Notes: a model not told the origin generated them from the letters alone. Numbered from the stretch's first letter, positions 35,416 to 49,564 are shown. The stretch is DNA of 64,000 bases from Chiloscyllium plagiosum (GCF_004010195.1 NC_057718.1:38067152-38131151), one strand, 5' to 3'. Translations and numbers: made by a program.

Positions 35416-38404
35416 TGTATTGTCAAAATTTAAAAAGAACAAATTTCAGCTGTGTTCAGTTATTACTGTGGACTAACTTAAATGCTAATATGTTTGCTGA
35501 AAGTTGTTAGCATCTGCAGTATTTCATGAAGTGTGTTTGATACTTTGAACTAACTTTTTAGTCAGACATCTCAGTTTCATTTGAAGCCACAAAAAACTGC
35601 TTGCACAACTCTGCAAATATCCATTTCTGGATTCATTGTTTCATTGTACCAGAGGTAATGACTGGATTATCATAAAATTACTTCATATTATTCTTCATGT
35701 TTTTAATCGCTATATGGAGGAATAAAAGGGAGCAAGCAAAAATGTCACTTTATAGATTATTTTAATACTGCAGACAGAGATAATACAATTTTGTTATGAC
35801 CATTACAATTACTTTCGATTGCATTCCAGATTGATGAGCACGTGTATCTGGATAATGTGTTGTTCGAGCAATCAGTTCTGGGATCGGTATCTTAGAATAA
35901 CAATAAAAGAACTGGGAACAAAGAACTGCAACTTCATTGCTGAAAAGGTACCATGGTGCTAACTGTTGGTTACCTCAGATCTATTGCTCCTGCTGAGTTT
36001 CCAATTGCAAGTCACAGCCATGTGAGAAGCAGTTTTATCAGATCACAAGATAAATCTTATTTTGCTGGGAAATCGCTTTACAACCATCTTCTCTTAAAAC
36101 TAGTTAATCAAAGTACATTTTATGCACATTCATGACCAACTGCATCTCACCCAAGTGGTTGTTTTTAATAAATTAATCTACATCATGATTGATTGCGTGA
36201 TGCGTTTACCACAGTCAAGCCTCCAGGAAGTACAGTGAGATTGGTGTAAGACCTGTAACTCTGTCATTGTTTTGTCTCCTTAGCTCAAGGATATTGAAGA
36301 TAATTGTGTTGCCACACCACATGTTTGAGCTCACTTGACTCAGGAAATATATATAGAGCCTTCCGAGCTAGCATAGTGTGATATACCATCAGGCACTGCA
36401 ATTACCTGCTGAATTGTGAATGCGTAAATTTTTGTGGATAATTGTGTCGGTTGATGGTAACTATTTATTTATAAGGGAAAACTTTTCCATGCAAATAACT
36501 TATTTTCAAAACACAACCAATTTGGGATTAAATGAATATGAAAATTTCTAACATGCAGAAGACCATGGGTCCGCCTTGTTCACATGACATAACTGTATTG
36601 GAGTTGTTGACTAATTTGGGGAATTTAACAAACAACAGCAAGGAAATCAAAGTGGAAACTCACCTCTTCTTCAATGCATCCTTTGCTGACAATGTCACAT
36701 TTCAAATCACGAATTGAATGGATCCCAAAGTACTATTTTTGGAGGAAATGGTACCTGATTTGCCTTTGAATTGATTAATTTTATCAACTTCTCCATAAAT
36801 TGACCACTTAGTTGCTGAAATAATGTTCCTGCATAATTTTACTCATTGAATTTTACTTGAAACACAAATTCTCGTTTTAGCCTGACACTATCCTGAAAAA
36901 AATGTAAATTAATCTTGTGCTCCTTTATTTCAAGACTTTAAAATTCTAAAAGTTGCCCATCATATCACATCTATCATTTCCAATAACAATTAACATAATC
37001 ATTTCGCAAAGTCTTAGCCTTCTCTCTGTATGACCATTTAGTTGTTCTCATCTTTGTTGAGTCAGTAACTGTAATCATCTTTCTGTACCGAAGTGGACAG
37101 AACTGCAGACAGTGTTCCAAGTATAATGGTGCCATTGATTTTAAAAAGTGGTTTACCTCACTCTTTGGGTTCAGGGTCTTGTTAATACATCTCATATCTG
37201 TAATGTAAGGAAAAGGGACAGGAGAGGAGATGAGTTAGGGAGAGGGAGGTGAAGAATCTGCGGGATGACAAAAAGCTTGGTTGAAGGTATTAGTTTGAAG
37301 GATGTTCTCCAAGGTAGAGAGAGATCTACCGAAGCAGAGATTTAGAAAGAGAATTCCTGAAGGTGACAGCGTGAGATCTGAAACCTCTGCCGCAAATGCT
37401 GGAGTAGAGGAGCACGAAGTTGAATCCTGGAAAGTGAGTGAATTCTAATAAGGCGAAGAGTAGAGTGTAGAAATAGGAAAATGTAGAGAAAAAAGAACTT
37501 TAAATTACCGAACCAGGGAGAGGAGTCCTGTTCTTCCCAAGACTTTGGATTCTGCATGGCCATAGTTCACAGACAAAATCTCTCATGCAACAATACAGAA
37601 AACTGATGGTTGAATGCATTGCCCCATTCAGACTTCGAGACTTGCTAAATGAAGCACCTTTTATCTATGCTGAGTGAATGCCACTTGAGGCGGTCTTCTA
37701 GCAGTACTATATATTGATCAAGACTGATATTAACAGACTGATAAAGATGTTGAGTATCGTACCGTTTTCTAAATGGATCTCAGGTCCACAGCTATCTTCT
37801 GTAATCAAAGATGGCTGTTCTCTATATTCTGAGCCAAGATTGTCAACAAACTATTCAAAAGTCATTTTTGACTTCATAGCTGCTCCTGATCCAGATCCTG
37901 TCCAATTGCTGACGTGAATTTAGTTTCCAGCAGAAAGTCCTATTTCATTTCAAGTATTAACTCTGATTCTCCATTTGCAGATGCTGCCAGCCCTGCTGAG
38001 TATTTCTGTTTTTATTATCACTGTGGCATGAACTGAGTTTTTTTTTCAGTTTATTCTTCAATGAACTGTCGTGAAATCATATGTTTAATACTGATGTAGA
38101 AGAGCCCTCCAGTCTTCCCATTGTATTATTTCATTGCAACCACTATAACTAAAAATGAATTCCAAGTCTTGATCATTTCCTGTATGGAGAACAATTATTG
38201 TTTTGTCCCACTCCTACAATTTTAGACTACAGTATTTATCTTTATTTCATTGTATGTTTAGAACACCACTCATATGCCTCCTTTTCAGGATGAAAAGTCT
38301 GAGTCTTTCTGGCCTTTTAAATGGCTGAGATTCCTGTCATGAGTGAATAGGCTTATGGGAATGTAAATGTCAAGCTTGTCAGTGATTGGACTTGGACCGG
38401 AGTC

Positions 38405-38745
38405 AGATTATAGATTCAAGCCTCAGTGCAATACTAAGGGAATGTTGTGTTGCTGGACATGAATTATTTTGGATGAGGTGTTAACACAACACCTTGTCTG
38501 CTTACTCAATAGGCATAAAATATGACCTTGCATAATTTCAGAAAAGAACATCGGAATTTTACTGGTGTCCTGTCCAATATTTATCCCTCTAACAACACCA
38601 TCAAAAAGACTATCAGGTAATTATCCACTGACTGCATAAACTGGCTACACATCCTGCGTTCAAACAATGTTTGCAGTTGTTCAAAAGAAAGATTGGCTTC
38701 CCTGGGAGGTCCTGAGGTTAGAAAACAGGAAATGCAAATTATTTA
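38405..38745 (+). mobile_element. Degenerate DeuSINE-type (SacSINE1/AmnSINE-like) SINE core
   Basis: cagtgcaatactaagggaatg...ggatgaggtgttaac...ggtgtcctgtccaatatttatccctc resembles my recollection of the Deu-domain consensus. Confidence 0.6.
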
Positions 38746-39989
38746 ATTTATTTATTTAGGAATACTCATACAGCACATACACACTAACGCAATAGGCCTA
38801 CTTAAGGCCTTGAATGGCTAATTATTTGCACACTTAAAGCCCTTGAGCACCTGCAATCCCGATAGAATATGTTGGAGAGAAAGAATCTTTTATGGGGCTA
38901 AAAAGTGAGTTCGAGTTCCAGTTGCTCCAGAAGTGTGTCATAACACTATCTGAATAGGTTGATTAAAAATACCTATGTTGGCAGGAGGGCAAGAGTGGGA
39001 AGGCCTGTTTGTTTTAAAAGAACTTAAGAGGGTTTGCCTACTGATTCGATATGGGTGGAAGTCAGAAACAGGAAAAGAGAATCACTTTATTGGGAGTTTT
39101 CTATAGACCACCAATAGCAACAGAGGAGCAGATTGGGAGGCAGGTTTTGGAAATGTGCAGAAGTAACAGGATTGTTGTCATGAGTGACTTCATCTTTGCA
39201 AATATTGATTGGAACCTTCTTAGTGCAAATAGTTTGGATGAAGCAGATTGTCAGGTGTGTCCAGGAAGGAGACTTGACTCAATATGTAGATGGCCAACTA
39301 GAGGGGAGGCCATATTGGATTTGGTGCTTGACAACGAACTGGGTCAGGTGTCAGATCTCTTGATTGGAGAGCATTTCAGTGATTGTGATCACAGCTCCCA
39401 GACCTTTACTATAGTCATGGAGAGGGATAGGAGCAGACGGTATTGGAAAATATTTAACTGGGGGAGGGGGAATTACAATACTATTAGGCAGGAACTGTGG
39501 AGCATAAATTGGGAACAGATAGTCTCAGGGAAATACACAACAGAAATTTGGAGGTTGTTTCGGGAGCACTAGCTGCGACTGTTGAATAGGTTTGTCCCAT
39601 TGAGGCAAGGAAGGGATGGTAGGGTGAAGGAACCTTGGATGACAAGAGATGTGGAATATCTAGTCAAGAGGAAGAAGGAAGCTTACGTAAGGTTGAGGAA
39701 GCAAGGATCAGATAGGCTTTGGAGGGTTACAAGGTAGTCAGGAAGGAACTGAAGAATGGACTTAGGAGAGCTAGAAGAGGGCATGAAAAAGCCTTGGGTT
39801 GAATTAAGCAAAACCCAAGGTGTTCTACAATTATGTGAGGAACAAGAGGATGGCCAAAGTGACAGTAGCCCGATCAGGGATAGTGAAGGGAACTTGTGCC
39901 TGGAGGTAGGGAAGGTCCTTAATGAATACTTTGCTTCATTATTCACGAGTGAGAGCGACCTTGTCATTTGTGAGAAGAGCGGAGGATGT

Positions 39990-40139
39990 GTCATAGAGTC
40001 ATACAGCATGGAAACAGACCCTTCTGTCCAACCCATCCATGCCAACCAGATATCCCAACCCAATCGAGTCCCACCTGCCAGCACCCGGCCCATATCCCTC
40101 CAAACCCTTCCTATTCATATACCCATCCAAATGCCTCTT
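39990..40139 (-). mobile_element. 150-bp CR1 3' tail inserted antisense within another CR1
   Basis: tcatagagtcatacagcatggaaacagaccc...aaatgcctctta matches other minus-strand CR1 tails. Confidence 0.88.
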
Positions 40140-41724
40140 ATTGAAAAAGATAAGGATAAGTCCCCAGGCCAGATGGGATATATACTACGGGAAACATTGG
40201 AAGACATTGCTGCACCTTTGGCAATGATCTTTGCATCCTCACTGTTCACTGGAGTAGTACCAGATGATTGGAGGGTGGCAAATTTTATTCCCTTATTCAA
40301 GAAAGGAAAAAGAGATAACCCTGGGAATTACAGACCAGTCAGTCTTACATCAGTGTTGGACAAATTATTGGAGAGGATTCTTCGAGACAGGATTTATAAT
40401 TACTTGGAAAAGCGTAGTTTGATTAGAGATAGTCATCAGCATGGCTTTGTGAGAGGCAAGTCATGCCTCACAAGCCTTATTGAATTCTTTGAGGATGTAA
40501 CAAAACACATTGAAGGTGGAGTTGTGGATGTGGTGTACATAGATTTTAGCAAGGCATTTGATAAGGTTCCCCACGGTAGGCTCATTCAGAAGGTAATTAG
40601 GAATGGGATACAGGGAAATTTGGCTGTATAGATACAGAATTGGCTGGCCCACAGAAGACAGAGGGTGGTAATAGATAGAAAATATCTAGCCTGAAGCTCT
40701 GTGACCAGTGGTGTATCGCTGGGAGATGTTCTAGGACCGCTGCTCTTTATGATTTTTATAAATGGCTTGGATGAGGAAGTAAAAGGGTAGGTTAGTAAGT
40801 TTGCCAATGACACGAAGGTTGTTAGATAGTGTGGAGGGCACTTGTAGATTGCAGCAGGATATTGACAGGATGCAGATCTAGACTGAGACGTGGCAGATTG
40901 AGTTCAACCTGGAAATATGAATGCACATTACAGGATTAAAGGCAGGATTCTTGGCATTGTGGAGGAACAGCGGGATCTTAGGGTCCATGTCCATAGATTC
41001 CTTGAAGTTGCCATCCAAGATGATTGGATTATTGAGAAAGTGAATGGTGTGTTGACTTTCATTAGCGGGGGATTTGGCTTAAGAGCCGCAAGGTTATGCT
41101 GGAGCTCTCTAAAGCCCTGGTTAGACCATACTTGGAATATTGTGTTCATTTCTGGTCACCAAATTATAGGAACGATGTGGAAGCTTTAGAGAGAGTGCAG
41201 AGGAGATCTACCAGGATGCTGCCTGGACTGGAGGGCATGTCTTATGAGGAATAGTTGAGAGAGCTAGGGCTTTTCTCATTGGAGTGAAGGAGGATGTAAG
41301 GTGACTTGATAGAACTGTACAAGATGATGAGAGAATTAGATAGAGTTGATTGCCAGACACCTTTTTCCCATGGCAGAAATGGCTATCACAATGGGGCATA
41401 ATTTTAAGGTGATTGGAGGAAGATTTAGAGGAGATGTCTGAGGTAGGTTTTTACACAGTGGTGGGTGTGTTGAGTGCACTGCCAGCAGTGGTAGTAGAGT
41501 CAGATACATTAGGGACATTTAAGTGACTCTTGATTGATATTTAAGTGACTCTTGACTCACATTGATAAAAGTACAATGAAGTTTAGTTTGATCTTAGAAT
41601 AGGATAAAAGATCAGCACAACATTGAAGATTGGGAAGGCTACAAAAACAAACAGAGGATAACAAATAGAGAAATAAGGAAGGAGAGGATCAAATATGAAG
41701 GTAGGCTAGCCAGTAATATTAAAA

Positions 41725-41822
41725 ATGATAGTAAAAGTTTCTTTCAATACATAAAAAACAAACGACAGGCAAGATGATAGTAAAAGTTTCTTTCAATACA
41801 TAAGAAACAAACGACAGGCAAG
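41725..41822 (+). repeat. 49-bp tandem duplication (2 copies, 1 mismatch) inside CR1
   Basis: atgatagtaaaagtttctttcaatacataa(a/g)aaacaaacgacaggcaag x2. Confidence 0.95.
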
Positions 41823-42461
41823 AGTAGACATTGGGCCACTTCAAACTGATGCTGGACTCCTAGTGATGGGAGATAAGGAAATAGCAGGAGAACTTAATAA
41901 GTACTTTGCATTAGTCTTCACAGTGGAAGACATGAGTAATATCCCAACAATTAAAGGGAGTCAGGGGGCTGAGTTGAATTTGGTTGTCATTACAAAAGAG
42001 AAAGTGCTAGAAAAGCTAAAAGGTCTTAAAATTGATAAATCTCATGGCCCTGATGGATTACATCCTCGAGTTTTGAGGGAGGTGGCTGAGGAAATAGCAG
42101 AGGCGTTGGTTGAGATCTTTCAAAAGTCACTCGAGTCAGGGAAAGTCCCGGATGATTGGAAGATCGCTGTTGTAACCCCCTTGTACAAAAAAGGATCAAG
42201 ACAAAAGATGGAAAATTATAGGCCAATTAGCCTAACCTCAGTTGTTGGTAAAATTCTAGAATCCATCATTAAGGATGAGGTTTCTAAATTCTTGCAAGAG
42301 CAGGGTCGGATTAGAACAAGTCAACATGGATTTAATAAGGGGAGGTCGTGCCTGACAAACCTGTTCTTTGAAGAGTTAACAAGTAGGTTAGACCGGGGAA
42401 ACCCAGTGGATGTGGTCTACCTAGACTTCCAAAAGGCCTTTGATAAGGTGCCACACAGGAG

Positions 42462-42966
42462 NNNNNNNNNNNNNNNNNNNNNNNNNNNNNNNNNNNNNNN
42501 NNNNNNNNNNNNNNNNNNNNNNNNNNNNNNNNNNNNNNNNNNNNNNNNNNNNNNNNNNNNNNNNNNNNNNNNNNNNNNNNNNNNNNNNNNNNNNNNNNNN
42601 NNNNNNNNNNNNNNNNNNNNNNNNNNNNNNNNNNNNNNNNNNNNNNNNNNNNNNNNNNNNNNNNNNNNNNNNNNNNNNNNNNNNNNNNNNNNNNNNNNNN
42701 NNNNNNNNNNNNNNNNNNNNNNNNNNNNNNNNNNNNNNNNNNNNNNNNNNNNNNNNNNNNNNNNNNNNNNNNNNNNNNNNNNNNNNNNNNNNNNNNNNNN
42801 NNNNNNNNNNNNNNNNNNNNNNNNNNNNNNNNNNNNNNNNNNNNNNNNNNNNNNNNNNNNNNNNNNNNNNNNNNNNNNNNNNNNNNNNNNNNNNNNNNNN
42901 NNNNNNNNNNNNNNNNNNNNNNNNNNNNNNNNNNNNNNNNNNNNNNNNNNNNNNNNNNNNNNNNNN
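42462..42966. other. Assembly gap (N run) inside CR1
   Basis: Run of N. Confidence 1.
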
Positions 42967-44780
42967 TGGACGCAGCCTTAGAATTAGAGGGGGTAAATTC
43001 AGAACAGAAATGCGGAGACATTTCTTCAGCCAGAGAGTGGTGGGCCTGTGGAATTCATTGCCACAGAGTGCATTGGAGGCTGGTACGCTAAATGTCTTCA
43101 AGGCAGAAATTGATAAATTCTTGATGTCACAAGGAATTAAGGGCTACAGGGAGAATGCGGGTAAGTGGAGTTGAAATGCCCATCAGCCATGATTGAATGG
43201 CGAAGTGGACTCAATGGGCCGAATGGCCTTACTTCCGCTCCTATGTCTTATGGTCGAAGGGCCTGCACTGTGCTGTACTGTTCTATGTTCTTAACTTATG
43301 ATGAAATGGTGGAATGAAAACGTGATACATAATTCAGTAGGTGTTCTGTGTGCATGCCACTCCCCCCGCCCCTAAGATGTTGGCACCGCCTTCTATTCCT
43401 GTCTCCCTGGTTTTTAAAATCCACCACCACGTCCCTTGGGTGTCCCCTTCTAGAGCTGTCAGTAATCATACTGCCAGAAACTTTCCACTGATAGGCAAGA
43501 GTCCGGCCTTCAGTTTGTTTCAGCTGTCTGGAGAGCTGCGTGTTCCCTTTTTTTGATGTCTGAGTTTGGCAGTGACTTTTCTTCTGGAGGGGGGCAGGGC
43601 GAGCAATATGGCTGCACCAGTAAACTAATCTATTCCATTACAGAGCACAAAATCAAAAGAGGAACATAAAACTGAATAAACTACACTTGAGATGGAAACA
43701 GAAACCAATTCATTTTTTCACTAAGTTTGAAATTTCATGCATGTTAACTATGTTTCCAGACACAAGTCATTAAATGTTCCACCGAGGTTTGACGTAATTA
43801 ATTCGCTAACGTCCCATCTGAGTATCACTTGCATGATGTTGGAGGATGTGCCTTAGATGTTACTGTAATCACTAAGTTTCGTTGTGGTACTCCATCTGTG
43901 TGGGAAAAATCTAAGAGAACTAGTTCAGTAGGGTATTGAGAGAAAAAGAGCCAGTCAGCCAAAAGTCCTCTGATTGAACCATTTGTTCGGTTGGTGAATA
44001 GCAAAAGGCCTAAACAATTTTTAAAAGAATTCACAAACTGCATTTATTTTAAGTTAAAGAATTTCAGTGCAATTGTTCATTATGTGAAATATTCTGCTTT
44101 CTTCGTTGATTTAAGAGTGTTTTACGTTATAGCACTGTTTTTATCATTTGTATCTACTACAGCATTATTTCCAGCTTTTTCTTCTCTCTCAGTTGTCAAG
44201 CACGAATGTTACACATTTTCTGAAGGTTTGCAAATTCGCTAACAATGCAGAAAAGATGAATATTTCTGTGATTATGCACCAGAGACACATTTTGTTTGCC
44301 AGCAAAGTTTTGGGCGATAAGTGACTCTAAGTGCTTTAATTTTTAGCACAGGAAAACAGGCTTTCTTTTATCTTGCTGTTGCTACAAATTGTACTAAATA
44401 TATCCAAAACAGAAAATATAAGAATAGGGTAAATGTGGATCTTATCACAACAGCATATCTTCATATTTAAAGCAGATTATTATTCAGAATTCACTGCATC
44501 AATAAAGAAATATGTTAAGTATTTGTGTTTCAAATTCTAATTGATTTTATTTGCAAGCTAAGAATTGGCATAAGTATTGGAATCTGAATGAGTTTACTCT
44601 CATTCTAATCATAAAGGGTTATTCTGTATTACGAAAGGAATGTTATGTAACATTTATATCATTATTCAGTGAACATGTGAACGTTCTGGCCAGTAGTGTA
44701 GTGCATGGATCAATGCAAGGTGGAAGTGTAAATGTATTTTTTTTTGTTATGCTCACTAGTAATTTGATTTAAGATCAAAA

Positions 44781-46925
44781 ATGTTAGCAGACCCTCTGGC
44801 CGTGATCGCCACCAATGGGGTGAAGTCTGGGAACTTGAGGATTGGCAGGGGTAATCATCAAGGCTGTTCCCTCTCACCATTGTTGGTTACTTTGATGATA
44901 GAGCCACTGGCGGAGGCCATTCGTCAGAACGTTCACATAACCGCTCTGGAAGTGGAATCGAGGGTACACAAGATTACACTGTATATGGATGACGCCCTTC
45001 TGTTTTTATCGTACCTCATCACTTCCGTACCCTATCTGCTACAATGTATCAATTCATTTGGGTTATTTCAGGATATAAGATCAATTTTGCAAAGTCGGAG
45101 GCTAAGCCTTTGGGGGATCTTAAGGAAGTGCCAGAGGTTGAAGGTGGCTGTAGGTTCCCCTTTAAGTGGTCACAGGCAGGTTTCCGATACCTAGTATTGG
45201 TATTTTTATTACTCCCATTTTGATTGGTTATTTTGGACTAACTTTGATCACCTCCTTGACAATATTAGGCGGGATCTCCAGAGATGGGAGGCTCTTCCAA
45301 TTTCGTGGTTTGGCTGATTAGCCCTTATTAAGATGAATGTCCTTCCTCTTTTGCTTTATCCCATGCATATGCTCCCTATAATGTTTCCCAGGTCAATGTT
45401 TGGCATCGTTGGCAGCCCCTCATCAAACTTAGTAAATTGCAGTTGCCTCAAGGATTGGGAAGAGTTGACTTTCTAGACATCAGGAGGTATCGATTGAGTT
45501 TCCTGCTGTCCTTTGTGTGCGATTGGGCAGGTAACGATCCAGGCTCAATATGGTTGGATATCGAGGCCTCCCAGGCAAAGTGCCCTCTTATTAACATGTT
45601 GTTTGTGGATAAGATAAGGACAGTTATGGAACCCCATTGTGATTAGTACGATCAAGGCATGGAGGGCGATGCATCAGAATGAGGGTTGTTTACTCAAGAC
45701 TTCGCCACTCACCCCCATAGCTGGTATGCCAGGGTTCCGACCAGGGATGATTGTCTCAGGGTTCAAACAGTGGGGAGAGAGAGGAATTTCTAGTTTGGGA
45801 GACTTGTTTGAGGGGGAGGTTATGATGTCCTTCAAGCAATTGAGCCGCAAATACGGGCTGTCCAGTAGAGATCGTTTTTTCAGGTTAGGGATTTCATGCA
45901 GAAAAAGAAGATGCTTCTCACTAAGCCCTATAAGCCTGATACAGAGAGATTGTCGCTACTTTCCTCAAGCGCCTTCTCAGTTGCCTACTGGGTGAAAGGG
46001 CCTGGCAGGATATTAACTGGTTCTGTGAAGTCTGGGAGTAAGAGCTAGGAGTGGAGATCTGAAACGCGGGAGGACATATGGGAGAATGTGCGAAAGATCT
46101 CAATCTGTAAGAGGACATACGCTATGTAGTTAAAAGTTCTGCACAGGTTTCATTTGGCATCGGACTGTCTGGTGAAGTTTAAAAAAGGGGCATCTCCAAT
46201 GTGCCCCAAATGTAAAATAAGCGTCGGTACTCTCACCCATTGCTTCTGAACATCCACAGGCTCCACGTTTATTGGTGTGATGTGGTGGCAGAGATAGGGA
46301 GGGTATTGAGACCCAACATCTCTCCTTCTGGGTCTACCGAATTTATCATCTTTAGATGGGCATGGAAAGAAACTATTCAATATTCTTACTTACTGTGCAA
46401 GGAAGAATATTCTGGTGAATTGGGTGTCTGAGAACTCGCCAGGCTTGCTGGGATGGCAAAAATTAATTACTGAGCATATTCCCTTGGATTTTTTCACAAA
46501 TATGGTACACCACACAACAGACCTTTCTTATAAAATATGGGAGCCCTTTTTGAGTTATTTGGATCCAGATTTATCTGCTATCTTAACTAGGGTGTTCACT
46601 TAACAGGATGGTTAGGTTTGCTGAGCCCTGGGACCTGGAAGGGAGACTCCTGAGTGAACATGAGTATATATATATATACAACACTCCTGTTTTTTGTTTG
46701 GGAGCTTTACGCCAAGCATTGTTATTATTCTGTGTTCTTGTGTGTTCTTTTGTCTTATTTCAGTCACTTACATTTTTATTGGTGTTGTTTTGCATAGTGT
46801 TTGGTTTTGTTTTGTTTTATAGGGTAGGTGAGTAGTGAGTAGACAGTAGCTGTATTGTAATTTGTGTTCTTTTTATTATACTGGGTTTTTTTATACCTTT
46901 TATATTTTTGTAAAGTCGAAAAATC
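44781..46925 (+). mobile_element. L1-clade LINE, 5'-truncated and frameshifted ORF2 (RT C-terminal half, zinc finger) plus T-rich 3' UTR
   Basis: GNHQGCSLSPLL, IEPLAEAIR, ITLYMDD, IKMNVLP, CPKCK...GTLTHCF motifs. Confidence 0.88.
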
Positions 46926-48249
46926 TGTATTTGTACTGTTTTGTCTATCCTATTAAATTCAGTGTTTTCTTCTTACCCAATTGTCAAACATGAGTATCAT
47001 ACATTTTCTGAAGACTTGCATTAATTTCTTAGGGAGTAGAAAAATTATTTCTGAGAATATGTATCAGAGACACACTTTACTCATTCAGTTTGCCAACAAA
47101 TTTAGAGGAAAGAAGAGCTTTGCTTTTTAGCACAGGATAAATAGGCTTTCTTTTCTCTTGATTTTTCTACACCGATATATTGGGTACAATCTGTATCTCT
47201 TTTCATCATGTTGTATGAGGTGATTGTAATATTGCTCACCAAAAATCAATTCTCTTTTTAGGTTAAGAATGGACAAGATCTGCTTGATCCAGTGTGGTAG
47301 AGGAAAAGCACTTGGTAGTCTAGCGAGAAGAGACTTGTCTTAAATGAAATTACAGTTAATTCCATGTTAGTAACGGTGTACAATCACTGATGTGATATAC
47401 ATTATTACAGAGATGAAGTAAAATCCAGAAGATATGTCTTACTCCTTCGAGCTCTGAATCGAACCCCCCCACCAAGCCCATATAACATCATCATAGGGCG
47501 TTATCATTAAGGCACTCTCAAGCCTTTCAGACCTTTGCATCACTGTACAATGCCTTTCAAAGTCAGAAATATATGAATAAATAAATTAATGTGGGTCTTG
47601 GTTATCTGAATACCTAAATCCAAACTAACACATCAAGCCAGCAATGTATTTCTGAGGGAGCACAAGGATAGTGACAATGAGGGTTCACCTAAGCAACTGT
47701 CATGCAATGTGTGGCAGCTTATATATAAATAACCTATAATATGTACACATTGGAGAAAATTTTCATCTCTGATAACTGGACAGTAATCTGGCTGCTTATC
47801 TCTTCAGTCTGATTTTTATTTGAAAATAAAAATGAAAATAACCATTGAAAATAATGGTTTTCCTTGACTTTAAAAAAAACTTGGATGAAGTACCAAAACC
47901 CTTCCAACTTACACTTCTTTTTACCACTAAAGCTAAAAAACGTTATCCTGTCTCTGCCAATTGTTTTCTATTCCTGGGAAAAAGAGGCTCAAAAATACCA
48001 AGTTATCAATGACAGTCAGCTGTGTGAAGTCTTTTGGGTTTATGTAAATATGCATGTTGGGAGCCTTGGCATGTTCAATTGAGTCTTCGCGAACAGTGCA
48101 GGGTATGAGAATTGCACAAATTCAAGGCTCAAGCTATAAGTGGACACATTGGGAAATATTATCATACATTTTAAACAGACAATCTTTGCATTGGTAATTT
48201 TAAAACATTTCATTGTCATTTTATCCTCTCCATAGATTCTGCTTGGTAT

Positions 48250-49525
48250 TTAGAGTCATAGAGACATAGAGATGTACAGCACGGAAACAGACCCTTCGGT
48301 CCAACTGGTCCATGCCGACCAGATATCCCACTCAATCTAGTCCCACTGCCAGCACCCTCCCCATATCCCTCCAAACCCTTCCTATTCATATACCTATCCA
48401 AATGCCTCTTAAATGTTGCAATTATACCAGCCTCCACCACGTCCTCTGGCAGCTCATTCCATACACATACCACCCTCTGCGTGAAAAAGTTGCCCCTTAG
48501 GTCTCTTTTATATCTTTCCCCTCTCACCCTAAACCTATGCCCTCTAGTTCTGGACTCCCTGACCCCAGGGAAAAGACTTTGCCTATTTATCCTATCCATG
48601 CCCCTCATAATTTTGTAAACCTCTAAAAGGTCACTCCTCAGCCTCTGACACTCTAGGGAAAACAGCCCCAGCCTGTTCAGCCTCTCCCTGTAGCTCAGAT
48701 CCTCCAACCCTGGCAACATCCTTGTAAATCTTTTCTGAACCCTTTCAAGTTTCACAACATCTTTCCGATAGGAAGGAGACCAGAATTGCATGCAATATTC
48801 CAACAGTGGCCTAACCACTGTCCTGTGCAGCTGCAACATAACCTCCCAATTCCTGTACTCAATACTCTGACCAATAAAGGAAAACATACCAAACGCCTTC
48901 TTCACTATCCTATCTACCTGCGACTCCACTTTCAAGGAGCTATGAACCTGCATACCAAGGTCTCTTTGTTCAGCAACACTCCCTAGGATCTTACCATGAA
49001 GTGTATAAGTCCTGCTTAGATTTGCTTTCCCAAAATGCATCACCTTGCATTTATCTGAATTAAACTCCATCTGCCACTTCTCAGCCCATTGGCCCATCTG
49101 GTCCAGATCCTGTTGTAATCTGAGGTCACCCTCTTCGCTGTCCACTACAGCTCCAATTTTGGTGTCATCTGCAAACGTCCTAACTGTATCTCTTATGCTC
49201 ACATCCAAATCATTTATGTAAATGACAAAAAGCAGAGGGCCCAGCACTGATCCTTGTGGCACTCCACTGGTCACAGGCCTCCAGTCTGAAAAACAACCGT
49301 CCACCACCACCCTCGGTCTTCTACCTTTGAGCCAGTTCTGTATCAAATGGCTAGTTTTCCGTATTCCATAAGATCTAACCTTGCTAATCAGTCTCATGGG
49401 GAACCTTGTTGAATGCCTTACTGAAGTCCATATAGATCACATCTACTGCTCTGCCCTCATCAAGCCTCTTTGTTACTTCTTCAAAAAACTCAGTCAAGTT
49501 TGTGAGACTTGATTTCCCACGCATC
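48250..49525 (-). mobile_element. CR1-clade LINE 3' third with a long uninterrupted RT reading frame
   Basis: ORF 48216-49397: [38 protein letters not shown]. Confidence 0.96.
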
Positions 49526-49564
49526 CTGTACTAATTCACAGTCCTTAAGAATAATTTCAAAATT

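Larger units (their letters stand above)
41626..43255 (+). mobile_element. CR1-clade LINE of a different family inserted in the 3' UTR of the previous CR1; spans a gap
   Basis: ORF from 41863 (GPDGLHPRVL, NYRPISLTSVVGK, DFQKAFDKVPH); 3' UTR ending cctatgtcttatggtc; gaag on both sides. Confidence 0.92.
39010..43292 (+). mobile_element. CR1-clade LINE (endonuclease, RT, 3' UTR) carrying two nested CR1 insertions; own sequence ~39010-41625 plus tail 43256-43292
   Basis: GVFYRPP, LDLVL, SDCDH, NYRPVSLTSV, DFSKAFDKVPH; tail gtactgttctatgttct after the nested copy. Confidence 0.9.

Noticed and set aside
41863..43174. Several long ORFs in multiple frames
   Set aside because: Artefacts of the N gap; only the CR1 frame is real
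47262..47345. Plus-strand acceptor ttctctttttag|GTTAAG
   Set aside because: The phase-0 frame stops after 12 codons and no good donor follows
48216..49397. 393-aa reverse transcriptase ORF as a domesticated gene or a retron/DGR-like system
   Set aside because: It is the 3' third of an ordinary CR1 copy, closely similar to many neighbours, 5'-truncated and ending in the CR1 3' UTR
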